Source: Narcine bancroftii (taxonomy: Eukaryota). Taken from it: a DNA stretch of 64,000 bases. Numbering within the stretch: the first letter of the stretch is position 1; each line of letters starts with the position of its first letter. Under the pieces are notes generated by a model. The model ran no database searches and had not been told where the DNA came from. It saw only the letters and a list, made by a program, of their open reading frames with translations. This document shows, one piece after another, positions 49,230 through 61,720 of this stretch. The stretch covers positions 138,570,001 through 138,634,000 of the forward strand of contig NC_091469.1 in NCBI RefSeq assembly GCF_036971445.1, given 5' to 3'. Made by a program: the position numbers and the translations under genes.

Positions 49230-50670
49230 AGCAAGGTGCGTTCTATGCTCACTTCAAATGTGCCAGTAGGGAAGGGCCTGCGACCCATGGCCTCCATAGC
49301 TGAAGTCAGGTCGGACTCACGTAGAGTGAACCCAAGGATAGTGACTGGCTTAGACAGAGTCCCAGGACATGTCTTAAAAGCTTGTGCATTTCAACTGGCA
49401 GGCGCATTTACAGTAAAATCACAATGCTGGTGAAACTCAGCAGGTCAAACAGCATACTTTGAAGAGCAAAGATAAAGATACATAACCACGTGCCAGACAT
49501 GAGATTTGAGTAAAATGCCGGTAGGCACCTAAATATAAAGGTGGGGGCAAGGTGCAGAGGGAGGAGCACAGGCCCACAGGCATATTTATAGCAGCAATGT
49601 TCAAACTCTCCGTGAGAAAGTATATCAACCAGTACTGAAGAAAGACAAGATAACAGGCCTTATCGACAGGTGACTCCAACTTCCACCATCATGAATTGAT
49701 TTGAGGTCAGGGCTCACATAAACCCGAGCCTCCCAGCCACACTTGTCTCACTACAAATTGCCTCTCATCTAAAAAAGTCCATGGCAGATACTGACTCTAC
49801 ATGTAGTACAAGGATAACTGGATATGAAGGACACCCATGTCAGACCATTGATCACTAACCACAGCTCCAGATTCTACGCTGTAATCCTGCGCAATCTGAT
49901 TTCCAAACATTAGGGACAAGGCCTCAATAGACCCCTCTACCAAACGATCCTTGACTTCCTGTCTAACAGATTGCGATCAGTGAGGATGGGAAGCGAAATC
50001 TCCAGCACAATTGCCCTCCACACAGGACTCTTCAAGGATGTGTAGTCACTTGTCTGCATTACTCACTCAACACCCACATAATGTTCCAATAGTATCCTCA
50101 CATTTGTTCATGACAGCACATTCGCATCCTGGGTATCAAATAATGATGTGAATACAGGAAAAAAAAGGAAGTATGTTGGCGTGGTGCCAGGATAACAACC
50201 TTTCTCTCAACATCATCTGGAAGAAGAGAATGATTGGGATTCCTGTCCAAGTTAATGATACTAAAATGGGGGTAGCAGGCAGCTCCGTGTTCATGGAAGT
50301 AAACATTTCCAATGACCTGACCTGGATCAACCATGTTGATGCGATGGTCAAGAAATCACACCAAGTACTCCACTTATTTTTAGAAGATAAAGGATCTTTG
50401 GCTTGTACCCAATGTCCCTCATGTACAACTTCTAAAGGTGCGCCACTGAAAACATTATTGTCGGATGCATCACAACATGATATCGGAGGTGGGCTGCTCA
50501 AGATCGGAAGCAGCAGAAAGCGATGAATGACTCTCAGAACATCACTACAAACCTCCCTTGCCTCCATCAACTCCAGCTTCATTCCCCACTGTCCAGAAAA
50601 GGCAGCCGATGTACTGAAGGGTCCATCTCACTCTGGGCACCTTCTCTACTCCTTCCTATCACCTAGTGTG
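49230..50670 (+). mobile_element. Degenerate Rex1/Babar RT region with a Penelope terminal insert (49412-49585)
   Basis: RRVNPR..G.D.VPG.VLKACA.QLA, WCQDNNLSLN and ISNDLTWINH motifs. Confidence 0.75.
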
Positions 50671-50811
50671 AAATTATGAGGTTGTTTCCTCATGGCAAAC
50701 AGGCTCTCATGCTGCCCTTGCTTTGTGCTAATTGTTTTTGTTTAATTGCAACTCTGTAATTGTGCTCATTTCCTTCTACTTTACACAACCATATGAAGGG
50801 TGTTTTGTGAA

Positions 50812-51060
50812 TATTTAATTTTCAAAGACTCATGCAAATACAAGGAAACAATTCAAAACATTTTCTTGCCATGCAATATAATTTTTCCCCTCCCCCTCAC
50901 CTCGTTCCCTCTGTCCTTCCCTCAACTTATACAAACACACAATTACATAAGTAAAACAGCCTAACAAAGGTGTGGCCGTGCTAATGAGATGATCTGAAGT
51001 GTTTTGAAAGAGGTCTCCACAAAAAGTATTAAAAAGCTGGTTTAAAAGTTCAAAAATACA
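50812..51060 (-). mobile_element. Probable L1/Tx1 3' end
   Basis: Reverse complement has an LWRPL-like terminal motif, a G-rich tract and an AT-rich end. Confidence 0.4.
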
Positions 51061-51094
51061 GAATTTTATCATGAAAAATGGATAAAACCTATGC

Positions 51095-53325
51095 TAAATG
51101 ACCAAGGCAACAAAAAACAAAAATTGAAGAAGTAACAGTTCAGCCAGGAACATCGAGTGGAAGCCTGATGAGGAGTGACTCAGCAGGGGCCTTGGACTGG
51201 CTGAAGCCGAGGGTGGGGGGGGGGGGTGTGTCACCCCAAGATATAGCCTCCATCCTGAACATAATGGAAACTTTATGCAGTCATTTTATGACTATAGAAT
51301 CAATGATGAGAGATATATCAGAGAAGGTCATTGAAATTAAAGAAGTTGTGGAAGACTTAAATGAATGAAAGATTCATTCAGAGGCTGAGCTGGACAAAAC
51401 AAAAGGCAGGCTGAAGGCACTGGAAGAAAAAGCAGAAATATGGGACACAGAAAAGAAAGGACTGATGGTCAAGATCAGCCATATGGAAAATTTCAGCAGA
51501 CATAACAATGTAAGAATCATTGGACTGAGAGAAGGAATCGAGGGAAAAGATGTGGTGAGTTTGTTTGAAACATGGATCCAACAAATGCTGGGACAAAATA
51601 AGTTAAATGCAAAGCTGCAAATTGAAAGGACTCACCGGACCCTCAGACCCAGAAGAACCAGCGAACAGCGACCATGACCAATCCTGGTAAGACTTTTAAG
51701 TTACAGGGAGAGAGATGCAATCTTGGGTGTAGCATATGAATATTTAAAAGATAATAATGGCCCATTAGTGGTGAACAATGAAAAAGTTATGTTTTTCCAG
51801 GAGTTCAGCCAAACAAAGAAAGGAATTTGATGAGGTAAAGAGACAACTACAATCTAAAAAAATTAAATATTCAATGATTTATCCAGCAATACTGAAGGTG
51901 GGTGCCTCAGAAGGTAATCAATGAATTTTCAAAAATAAAGAAGTGGAAGAATTTTAAAGAAAGTTATGAAAAGATTAAAGTCGCCAACTGAAAAGACCAT
52001 TTTCAAACAGGGCTAACTGAAAGACATTTTTTTAAAATTTTTACTAATAGTCCTGAGCTATCTTCTTTTTACTGTTAAAATGGAAAAAAAAAACATTGTG
52101 GTTTATATGGAGAGCTCTGAAAAGATACAAAGTTGATAAGGAAAGCAGCAAGGTGAGAATTCTGACTTGGGAGGGGGGAAATGGCGTCAGGAGAGGAATG
52201 ATTTTAAAAGATGCAGCCAAAGGGGAGGATTTCTTCTTCAGAAGAAGAAGAACCCATAGGCTTTTTGCGTGGACTTTTGGTTACTATTGTCAACATCACC
52301 ATCAGAGCTAGGGATGTGTGTGTGTTTCTTAAAGGGGAAAAGTATATGTTGAAATCTTTTAATAGGGAAATATTATGACAGTATTTAGAAAATTGGGTAG
52401 ATCTTGCAATATTTGTGTTAAAAATGTTATGGATAAAACACTGAAGTTTATTAGTATTAATATTAACAGGATAAATGGGACGGTGAAGTGGAAGAGGGTC
52501 TTGGCATACTTAAATAAATTAAAAGTGGATATAATCTTTTTGCAGGAAACACATCTTACCAAATTGGAACATGATAAATTAAAAAAGACGATGGGTGGGA
52601 CAAATAATATTGTCTTCCTTTGGTTCAAATGCAAGAGGGGTTGCTTTTCTAATTAATTAAAATACATCAGAGTTAATAGAAGGTACCTCAATGGATCAAG
52701 CTGGAAGGTATTTATTAGTATATCATAAAATTTATGGAGAAGCATGGACATTTATGAATATTTATGACAATGAAGCCTTTATGAAGGATATCTTCTTAAA
52801 AACAGCAGCGGGAAGACAAAATATATTAGTTGGAGGAGACTTTAATTTCTGCTCGGACCCAATAGTAGATAAATTGGCAAGAACAATAACAAGGGTGAAA
52901 GCAGCAAAAAACACAATTTCATACACAAAAGATCTACATCTTATCAATGTATGGAGGCAATTAAATCCCAGAGAGAGAGACTACTCTTTTTATTCAAGGG
53001 TGCACGGCTCACATACAAGGATTGACTTATTTTTAATGTCTGTCCAGTTAAAAAATAGAGAGATTAAAAACTGAATATCTAGCTAGACTTCTATCAGACC
53101 ATTAATATTAACTATAGCAACTAATGGAAAAGCAAGAGAATGTATACAGATAGTGTCTCAATACTACATTGCTTAAAGGAGCAGACTTCTGCAAATTTAT
53201 AAAGAGACAGATGGAAATATATTGTGAAACAAATCTGTTGTCGACTAAGAATAGTTTTCTGATCTGGGACAAACTTAAGGCATATTTCAGGGGACAAATT
53301 ATATTCCCTCCTCTATACAGATCCG
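51095..53325 (+). mobile_element. L1/Tx1 5' portion: ORF1 and APE endonuclease, decayed
   Basis: ORF1 motifs ENFSRHNNVRIIGLREG, IERTHR and RPILVRL; EN motifs DIIFLQETHL, ILVGGDFN and HTRIDLFL. Confidence 0.88.
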
Positions 53326-54741
53326 TTCATTGACAGAGTTTACATATATTTTAAAGATATAGAGTAAAGTTGGCAAAACTAGGTTCTTTTGTATATATAA
53401 CAGTTTACTTTTATACTCTTTCATGTTCCTTTTTTTTTCTGTATCTGGGCTGCTATGGATGATCACTTCTTCCAAATGGAGTGAAGTCTGAAGCTGGAGG
53501 GCATAGCTTTAAAATGAGGAAGGAAAGGGAACCTAGGAGCAGCTATTTCACTAAAGGGAGGTGGGCAAATAGACGAAGTTACCAGAGGAAGTGGAAGAGG
53601 CAGGAACAGTAATAATATTTAAAAGACATTTGAAGAGGCGCATGGGTAGGAAAGGTTGAGACTTGTGAGCCAAGGTCAGGCAAAATGGGATGAGCTGAAA
53701 TTGGCAACTTGATCAGCATTGATAAGTTGGATCAAAGTTCTGTTTCCATGTTGTCCCTTATCCTTTACATTTTATGTTTTCATTTGAAAAGAATAATAGA
53801 GAAGGCTCACTATAATACTGAAAATAAATTAATAATACATTTAAACAGGAAAGGTACGAATTAATCTTTATTTTTTTCTTCCAGATTTTCAAATTCTCTA
53901 TTGTCCCTTGCTTTTTATGCCATCTTTTGTACTTATAATGTGATTCAAAATTTTTAAAAAATTGCAATTTTGTTTTCTCTCCACTCTTTCCAGATTCCTC
54001 ATCCCACTCCTCAGCTCAGAGGCTGGTCAAGAAGTTGTACTCTGTCTATTAGTCCAAGACCTAATGATACTAAGGGGAACTCCCCAATTATTTTTGAAAC
54101 CACCTAACTACAGAAGCTGCTGGGCCAGTACTTAGGATGCAGATATCAGTTTCAGATAAGTCTTGAATGGTTGGGAAAGGGGAGTAGTCCCTTGGGAGGA
54201 ACCTCAGTGAGATCTCCAATATTGTACTGAAAGAAAAACAGAAAGTTAATTCAGGTGCCACAAGGAAAGAGATATTGGTGACACAAGACTCGCATCACCA
54301 TGTTCAGGAACAGCTGCTACCCCTCAACCATCAGACACCTACAACAAACTCAATCAGGGACTTGTGTAAGAACACTTACTTTTGCATTTTATTGAGTTTT
54401 TTTTCACTCGGTATTGCACAGTCGGTTTGCCATGCGTACGTTGAGAACAGTTTTTTTTTGCACTAACAAGTGGACAATTCTGCTTTGCCCGCAGGAAAAA
54501 AGAATCTCAGAGTTGTATCTCATGTCATGCAAGTACTCTGACAATAAATCTGAAATCTGAATCTGAAATCTAACTAAGAAATCAAATAAAAAATAATACC
54601 ATTGACTCTGTAGTGCAGAGGAGTTGGGGTGGATTGCAGCAATAAGAAAGATTTGCAAGAAAATATGGAGTTCTTTTTTGAGACCAAGAATGTCTGAAGA
54701 AGGGCTGAGTCACAAAATGTTGACAAACCTTTTTTTGTTTC

Positions 54742-55065
54742 TGTGGTGTGCTGAGGTAGCAGTAAGCAAGCACAAAACTTAAAAGGTGGCTTTATTCAGA
54801 TAAAACTCCGAACACCATTTCATTTTTCAGTGGCTCTCTTGTGACTGGCTCAGGTGGGGCCGGCTCAGGTCTACATTCGGGTCAGCTGATTGGCAGCCGG
54901 CCAGGTGGAGTCATCCCCCGAGGGGGTCAATTCAGGACGGCTGATTGACAGTAGGCAAGGCGGAGTCATCCCCAGAGGGGGTCAATTCAGGACGGCTGAT
55001 TGACAGTCGGCAAGGTGGAGTCAGCCCTTAAGTGGTTTTCCTGCAGGTACAGAGATCGCCCCACA
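54742..55065 (-). mobile_element. Solo LTR, 324 bp, with internal 55-bp tandem repeat
   Basis: TGTGG...CCACA ends, perfect 5-bp TSD GTTTC, AATAAA on the minus strand; repeat units start at 54886, 54941 and 54996. Confidence 0.85.
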
Positions 55066-55724
55066 GTTTCTAAGTATGGTTTTCTCTTACTATTAGATAC
55101 ACTGGGCAATGTTAATGACAACTGTTTGTTTGCCTTTGGCAGACGGAAGGAAATTTTACGTGATAATACATTTGTTTTATTGTTACATGAAAATAAAAGA
55201 ATCCCTGATCCATAAGGAGTTTGTATATTCTCCCTGTAGCCATGTGGGTTTGCTCCAGGTGCTCTGATTTCCTCTCACCCTCCAAACATTGAGGGTGTTT
55301 AGGTTAATTGGTGTACTTGGATGGCATAGGCTCCTCTTGGGCCTGAAAGACCTGTTATGGGGCCGTAATACTAAAATTTAAAATAAATACCATTAAGAAA
55401 TTTGGTTGGCAGTTTCCAAATTCACTACTACTAATCCAGGCTGAAGTGGTTGATAGAGCAAGCATCACTTTGATTATAGGGGAAAATATAGGGGAAGTAG
55501 TGGCCAAAGATTATGATAGGTGGAGTAGATTAATGAGGTAATTTGGCCTACTCCTGCCCCTTCTTCTGGGTATGTTCTGAAACGTCGCTGGGATGCCTAG
55601 TTGAAGGAATGCAGATTGTTACCACTTTAGAATTATTTAGAACAAAATAAGGAATACAAAGATTACGTTGAATTTTCTTTTTTTTTTGTTGTTTTAAGCC
55701 CATCTTGTATCCTTATAATTGGGA

Positions 55725-56095
55725 AGCCTCTGGTACAGTGGGTCAGAATATTATCTGCTTCTTCTGGGGTTTGGGATCAAATCCAAGATGGTCAAATGCT
55801 GTACAAGATTCTCCTTCATGAAGGCTAATTAAAATTTGTAAGTGGAATGAGCGCAGACAATTACACTCTAGTTCCTATAGATTCGGATCCTCAGCACAAG
55901 TTCTGTAATAATTTGGAACTAATTGTCACTAATTGGAGAAGCTTATTCAGAGAGGCCATGAGGATAGATGGTAGAAAAGGATAAGCATGTCTCACTGGTA
56001 CAGTTGGTGGCAAAATTCAGAGGCCAAGGTTAAAGGCACTGTATTCACAACTAATTATACATGTCTAATAAGAAGAGACTGCTCTGGTGTGTAAT
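55725..56095 (+). mobile_element. Ancient tRNA-SINE relic resembling LF-SINE
   Basis: A/B-box-like head, then collinear blocks ctagttccta, cagcacaa, ttggaactaattgtcactaattgg, cagagaggcca and ggttaaaggcac. Confidence 0.5.
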
Positions 56096-57167
56096 CGTTA
56101 GCATAAACTTATTAAAATTACATGTAGGTTCTGTGGCCATGATTGAAAATTAATATTCATAACTTTTGACTTGAGACTTTTCAGCCTGTACAGTAGAAGG
56201 TTTTGATATGATTTCAGATCCTCACATAAAGCATATGCTTCAGTATAAAAACTGGCGAGATTATCCAAATTGCTGTTTACACAGCCAGATTTATTTCTCA
56301 TGAATTAAGGTTGTTTCAAATTATCCAATAAATTGATGTAAATAACAGGACCAACCTGCTGCTGTATGTAATGCCAGAATGAAATTGCTTAAAACGAAAA
56401 TCCGCTGTAAGAAATTATTCTTCTTACAGCCAGATAATTGCTTGCCAACATCGTCCCAAGTGATCCACATGGTTAACTCCACAGAGGCAAGGTTTGGCTT
56501 CATGCATTGTATCCATAGTTTACAAAGTATGTGGCCATTTGGACCCATCATGCCAATACTAGTTCACAGAGCAATTCCCATTTCTCTACTCACCTTCCTT
56601 GCATCCTACTCTGGAATTTCCCATCGCCACTCTGCTTTCCCGGAGTCTACTACTCCTTGAGGCTGCATCCAAACTCAGAGGCCGCCATCTTGGGCCGAGA
56701 CCCTGTGGTCGCAGGATTTTAAAATAAACTGCCTTTGGTTCCTTTAACAGGCTATTTAAAACCTATATGGAGCCGTTGATAGTTGGTGGTAGAATCTCCT
56801 CTCCTCATTTTCTATGGGTCAGTACCAGCAGCTCCAACAACTTGAGTTGGTAGAGATTTCTTTGGTTCATTATTTTTCTGGAAATGTAATTAGTATTTTC
56901 AAGTAGAATGTACTTGAAAAAAATACAGAAATCATCATCCATTTGTTTTGGATTGTATTTAAATTTTTGCAGATGTGATTTAATGTCCATCTATAATTGC
57001 CCTTGAGAACATTGTGAACTACTGTGAACTGTTGCAATTCTTCAGGTGAGCACACACTCCCGTGGTGTTGCTGGAAAGGCAGTTCCATAGTTTAGAGCTG
57101 ATAATTGTGAAGCAAAGGTGAAAGGTTCCATGTCCCTTTTGCTCTTGCCCTTTCTGAGAGATTGAGT

Positions 57168-57570
57168 AGACTGGGTCTTTGAAGCTTACAGGGTTGAGAG
57201 GGGATTTGATAGAGGTATATAAAATTATGAGGGGAATAGATAGAGTAGATGTGAATAAGCTCTTAACCTTGAGGGTAGGAGAGATTGGAATGAGGGGTCA
57301 CAAGTTAATAGGGGACAAAACTTTAGAAGTAACATAAGAATAACACTAAGAGAGTGGTGGCTGAGCGGAATGACCTTCCGGAAAAGGTGGTTGCAGCATG
57401 GTCAATTTTGTCATTTAAGAGGAGGTTGTGAGGGGGTTGGAGGGTTATGGGCAGGGAGCAGGTAGGTAGAACTAGTGGAGTTTCACTTTAATAGGTGCGG
57501 ACTAGAAGGGCTGACTGATATAGCCTGCTTCCATACTGTAATTGTTATACGGTTATATGGTTATATGATG
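57168..57570 (+). mobile_element. CR1 3' end
   Basis: LRGDLIEVYKIMRGIDRVD motif and (GGTTATAT)n tail. Confidence 0.85.
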
Positions 57571-57589
57571 GCAGGGTCAGAAGGTGCTA

Positions 57590-59128
57590 TTGGAGTATTT
57601 ATAAAGGAGAAGGATATTGATCAGTGTAAAGAAAGGGAAATAAGTAGGGAAATTATGATGATTAAAGAAGAGGAAATACTGGTGCTTTTAAGGAAAATAA
57701 AGGTGGATAAGTCTCCAGGCCCTGACAAGATAATCTCTAGGACATTGAGGGAGGTTAGTGTCGAAATAGTAGGGGCTTTGACAGAGATATTTAAAATGTC
57801 ATTAGTAACGGGAATGGTGCTTGAGGATCGGTGGGTAGCTCATGGAGTTCCATTGTTTAAAAAAAGTGCTAGGAATAAATCTAGTATTTATAGGCCTGTA
57901 TGTTTGACATCAGTGGTAAGTTAATGGAAAGTATTTTTAGAGATGGTGTATATAAATATTTGGATGTTTGATTAGGAACAGCCAACATGGATTCGTGAAG
58001 GGAAGATCATGTTTGACAAATCTTATCGAATTTTTTGAGGAGGTTACAACTTGATGAGGGTAAGGCAGTGGATGTTGTATATTTTGACTTTAATAAGGCC
58101 TTTGATAAGGTTCCTTAGGGAAGGTTAGTTAGGAAGGTTCAATCATTAGGTATTAACATTTAAGTAGTAAAATGGGTTCAACAATATTTGAATGGGAGAT
58201 GCCAAAGAGTAATGATAGATAACTGTATGTCAAATTGGAAGCTAGTGACTAGGGTTCAGTACTGGGTCCACTACTCTGTTATATACATTAATGACCTGGA
58301 TGATGGGGTGTTTCATTGAATTAGTAAGTATGCAGATGATACTAAGACAGGTGGAGCTGTGGATAGCGAAGAAGTGTTTCAAAGCTTGCAGAAGGATTTA
58401 GGCCAATTAGAGGAGTGGGCTGAAAGATGGCAAGTGGAGTTTAATGCAGATAAGTGTGAGATGTTACATTTTGGTAGGACTAATCAAAACAGGATGTATA
58501 TGGTGAATGGTAGGGTATTAAGGAGTGCAGTAGAGGGATCTTGAAGTAAAGTCACATATGGATAGGGTGGTGAAGAAAGTTTATGGCATGTTGGCCTTTA
58601 TAAATCAGAGGATTGAGTACAAGAGCTGGGATGTTATGTTAAAAATTTGCAAGGCATTGGTGAAGCCAAATTTGGAGTATTGTGTACAGTTTTGGTCACC
58701 AAAGTAAAGGAAAGATATCAACAATTTGGAGAGAGTGCAGAGAAAATTTACTAGAATGTTACCGGGGTTACAGGGAAAGGTTAAATAAGTTAGATCTTTA
58801 TTCTTTGGATTGTAGAAGGTTGAGAGGGGATTTGATTGAGATATTTAGGGGTATAGATAGAGATGATGTGGAAAGGGGGAGATACAAACAAGAGGACATG
58901 AGCTGAGATCTTAGGGGCAAAAGTTTTGAGGAAACGTGAGGGGGGACTTCTTTACTCAGAGAGTGGTGGGTGTGTGGAACAAGCTTCTGTATGAAATAAT
59001 GAGGCAGGCTCAGTTTTAGAATTTAAGGAGAAAATGGATGGGAAACAAATGGAGGGTCAGTGGGGTTAGGTGGGAGAAGAGCCAAGTTGGCCTGTTTCTG
59101 TGCTGTAATTGTTTTATGGTTATATAAA
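57590..59128 (+). mobile_element. CR1 RT domain to tail
   Basis: DKSPGPD, YRPVCLTSVV, QHGF, KYADDTK and WAERWQVEFN motifs. Confidence 0.9.
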
Positions 59129-60497
59129 GTAGCTGCACAGTTTTAGACAGCGCACATTGCAACCACCATTGGCAGTGAGAATGAATGATTTGGGTGCTGC
59201 TCAAGTCTGCACTTTTGTCTTGGATGGTGTCAAGTCTCTTCAGAATTGCTGGAGTGGCACTAATCCAAGCAAGTGAATCACCCTCAGGCATTGCCTTCCT
59301 GACTTGCTCCTTGTAGCCAGTGAATCAGCTGTTTTGCACAAACAAGTGAGTCCGTCATCACAAATTGCCTAATTTCAACTTTGTCTTAGTCCAAACTATG
59401 CATATCAATTGGACCAAACTTGTTACATAAAAACTAGTTATTCCATGAAGCAACTGATAGCAAATCTGGATCATGATACATGATGCATAATGTCCTGTAT
59501 TAAAGGCTGGAGAAAGTCAATCTAAGAGGTAAATTAAAGAGTAAATTCATGATTCCAGTTAGTGGCACAGATTGATTTCGCCTCATGATATTTGATATTG
59601 GTGATCAATATTAGTATCAAGACTGTGGTGTTTACTGTCTATAGAAATATAGCACCAAATCTGCAATGTTTGTTTCTTCGATCGTATCGTCTTTATCTGT
59701 GACCCCCCCCCCCCTCCTCCCACCCCCATCATTTAAATAGTCTAGGGCTAGACATCATGACATGGATAAGTCAAAACAGCTTCTCATTGCTGTTGGGTTG
59801 AAGTTTTCAAACTTCATTCAAAAATAATACATCACTTTCTTAAAGCCTGATGGGATGACATGTAACACCCCCTCCATTCAGTTAGGTCATGTGGAATTTG
59901 ATTTTCCTCTCCAATCCCCCTCCTCCCACAATTTTAAAATATCGATCTTAAGAACATGCTTTTACTTTACACATTGTACTTTCAACATGCAAAAGCAATT
60001 TACTGAACTAAGTGCTTGATTTAAATCTATATTGAATTAAAATTAGAATGCACAGCTCAATCGATAAGGAGAAGGCTTGAAAATTCCAACTGTGCTTTGT
60101 AACTGGTGGTTGAGAATATGTTTCATTGTGATTGCAATGGGAATATATGGTTTACTACCCCTGTTGCCAGAAGTTGGATGAGGTTGGAAACAACACAAGG
60201 ACATAAGAAACAGGAACAGTGTCAATGTGTTTACAGCTGCTTAAAGAAGTCTTGCAAGGACTGTATGGAATTGAAAGTTACTTGACTGAGCAATAAAATA
60301 AAAGGAGTATGATTAAGCAAAGGGGCATGATACAAAAGTGAGACATTGTGTCTTGGTGGCAGGTGGCAATAAAAAAACAACCCCTTTTATGATAAGGGTG
60401 CAGCTTTGATTCTTGCTTTTGATGCGCTGTATACATGTCGGACATGCTGTGGTAGTGGGGATCTGCTGGGCACCTGCAATATCACTTTTTTCTTTTT

Positions 60498-60654
60498 NNN
60501 NNNNNNNNNNNNNNNNNNNNNNNNNNNNNNNNNNNNNNNNNNNNNNNNNNNNNNNNNNNNNNNNNNNNNNNNNNNNNNNNNNNNNNNNNNNNNNNNNNNN
60601 NNNNNNNNNNNNNNNNNNNNNNNNNNNNNNNNNNNNNNNNNNNNNNNNNNNNNN
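60498..60654. other. Assembly gap (157 N)
   Basis: Run of N. Confidence 0.99.
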
Positions 60655-60732
60655 CTTAGCAGTGTGGAAAAAAAGGGTTACCTTGTTTATCAGTGTTTAT
60701 AGTTCAAGAGAAGTTTGGATATCTGCTCTGTA

Positions 60733-61087
60733 TGACACCAGAATCCATTGACAGCAGAATCATTGACAGCAGAATCCACTGACACCAGAATCCACTGACA
60801 CCAGAATCCACTGACAACAGAATCCACTGACACCAGAATCCACTGACACCAGAATCCACTGACACCAGAATCCACTGACACCAGAATCCACTGACACCAG
60901 AGTCCACTGACACCAGAGTCCACTGACACCAGAGTCCACTGACACCAGAGTCCATTGACACCAGAATCCATTGACACCAGAATCCATTGACACCAGATCC
61001 ATTGACACAGGATCCATTGACACCAGAATCCATTGACACCAGAATCCATTGACACCAGAATCCATTGACATCAGAATCCAATGACAC
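60733..61087. repeat. 16-bp minisatellite, about 22 units
   Basis: Unit TGACACCAGAATCCA(C/T). Confidence 0.95.
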
Positions 61088-61129
61088 TGTTATGATTTCC
61101 ATCAGGATCATAAAGTGATGGTGTTTTAC

Positions 61130-61720
61130 CATCTAGGAATAAGCTCTTCAGGCCAACTCGTCCATGCCCACAATGTGTCCTAGCTAATCTTGTTCCAACT
61201 GCTTGTGGTTGCCCCGTTTTTTGTAGGGCTAATCAAAACAGGACATATATGGTGAATGGTAGGGCATTGAGGAATAAGTTGAGACAACCCCATTCCTATC
61301 CATGAATCTGTTTAAATGTCTTTTATGTGGTGCAATTGTACCTGCCTCTACCACTTTTGGGAGCTCATTCCATGTGTCCATTTGTGAAAAAGTTGTCCCT
61401 TGGTACCCCCCACCCCTTAAATCTTTCTTCTCTCATCTAAATTCTGTGCTCTTTAACTTTAAATATCACTAACCTCAGAAAAAAAAGCTTGCCTGCTCAC
61501 CTCTTCTATGCCTCTCATGAATTTATATATCTCTACAAGGTTATATCTCAGGGAAATGAGCCCAAGCCTATCCAATTTCTCTTAATAACAAGCCTTCCAG
61601 GCCTGGTAATATTCTTGAAAATATTTTCTGCACTCTTTCTAGCTTAAGAAATACTTCCCTCAAGTAAAGCAACTAGTATGAATACAATACACCATGTACA
61701 GTCTCACCAAGATATTCTAC
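61130..61720 (-). mobile_element. Old CR1 3' fragment
   Basis: Decayed CR1 3' UTR and RT C-terminus. Confidence 0.6.

Noticed and set aside
56600-56780. Promoter-like patch with GCCGCCATCTTG (YY1-type motif)
   Set aside because: A single motif in a short GC patch, more likely a LINE 5' UTR fragment; not enough to call.
60406-60751. ORFs spanning the gap
   Set aside because: Open only because of the N run.
60690-61132. Three overlapping repetitive ORFs
   Set aside because: They are translation artefacts of the stop-free strand of a 16-bp minisatellite.
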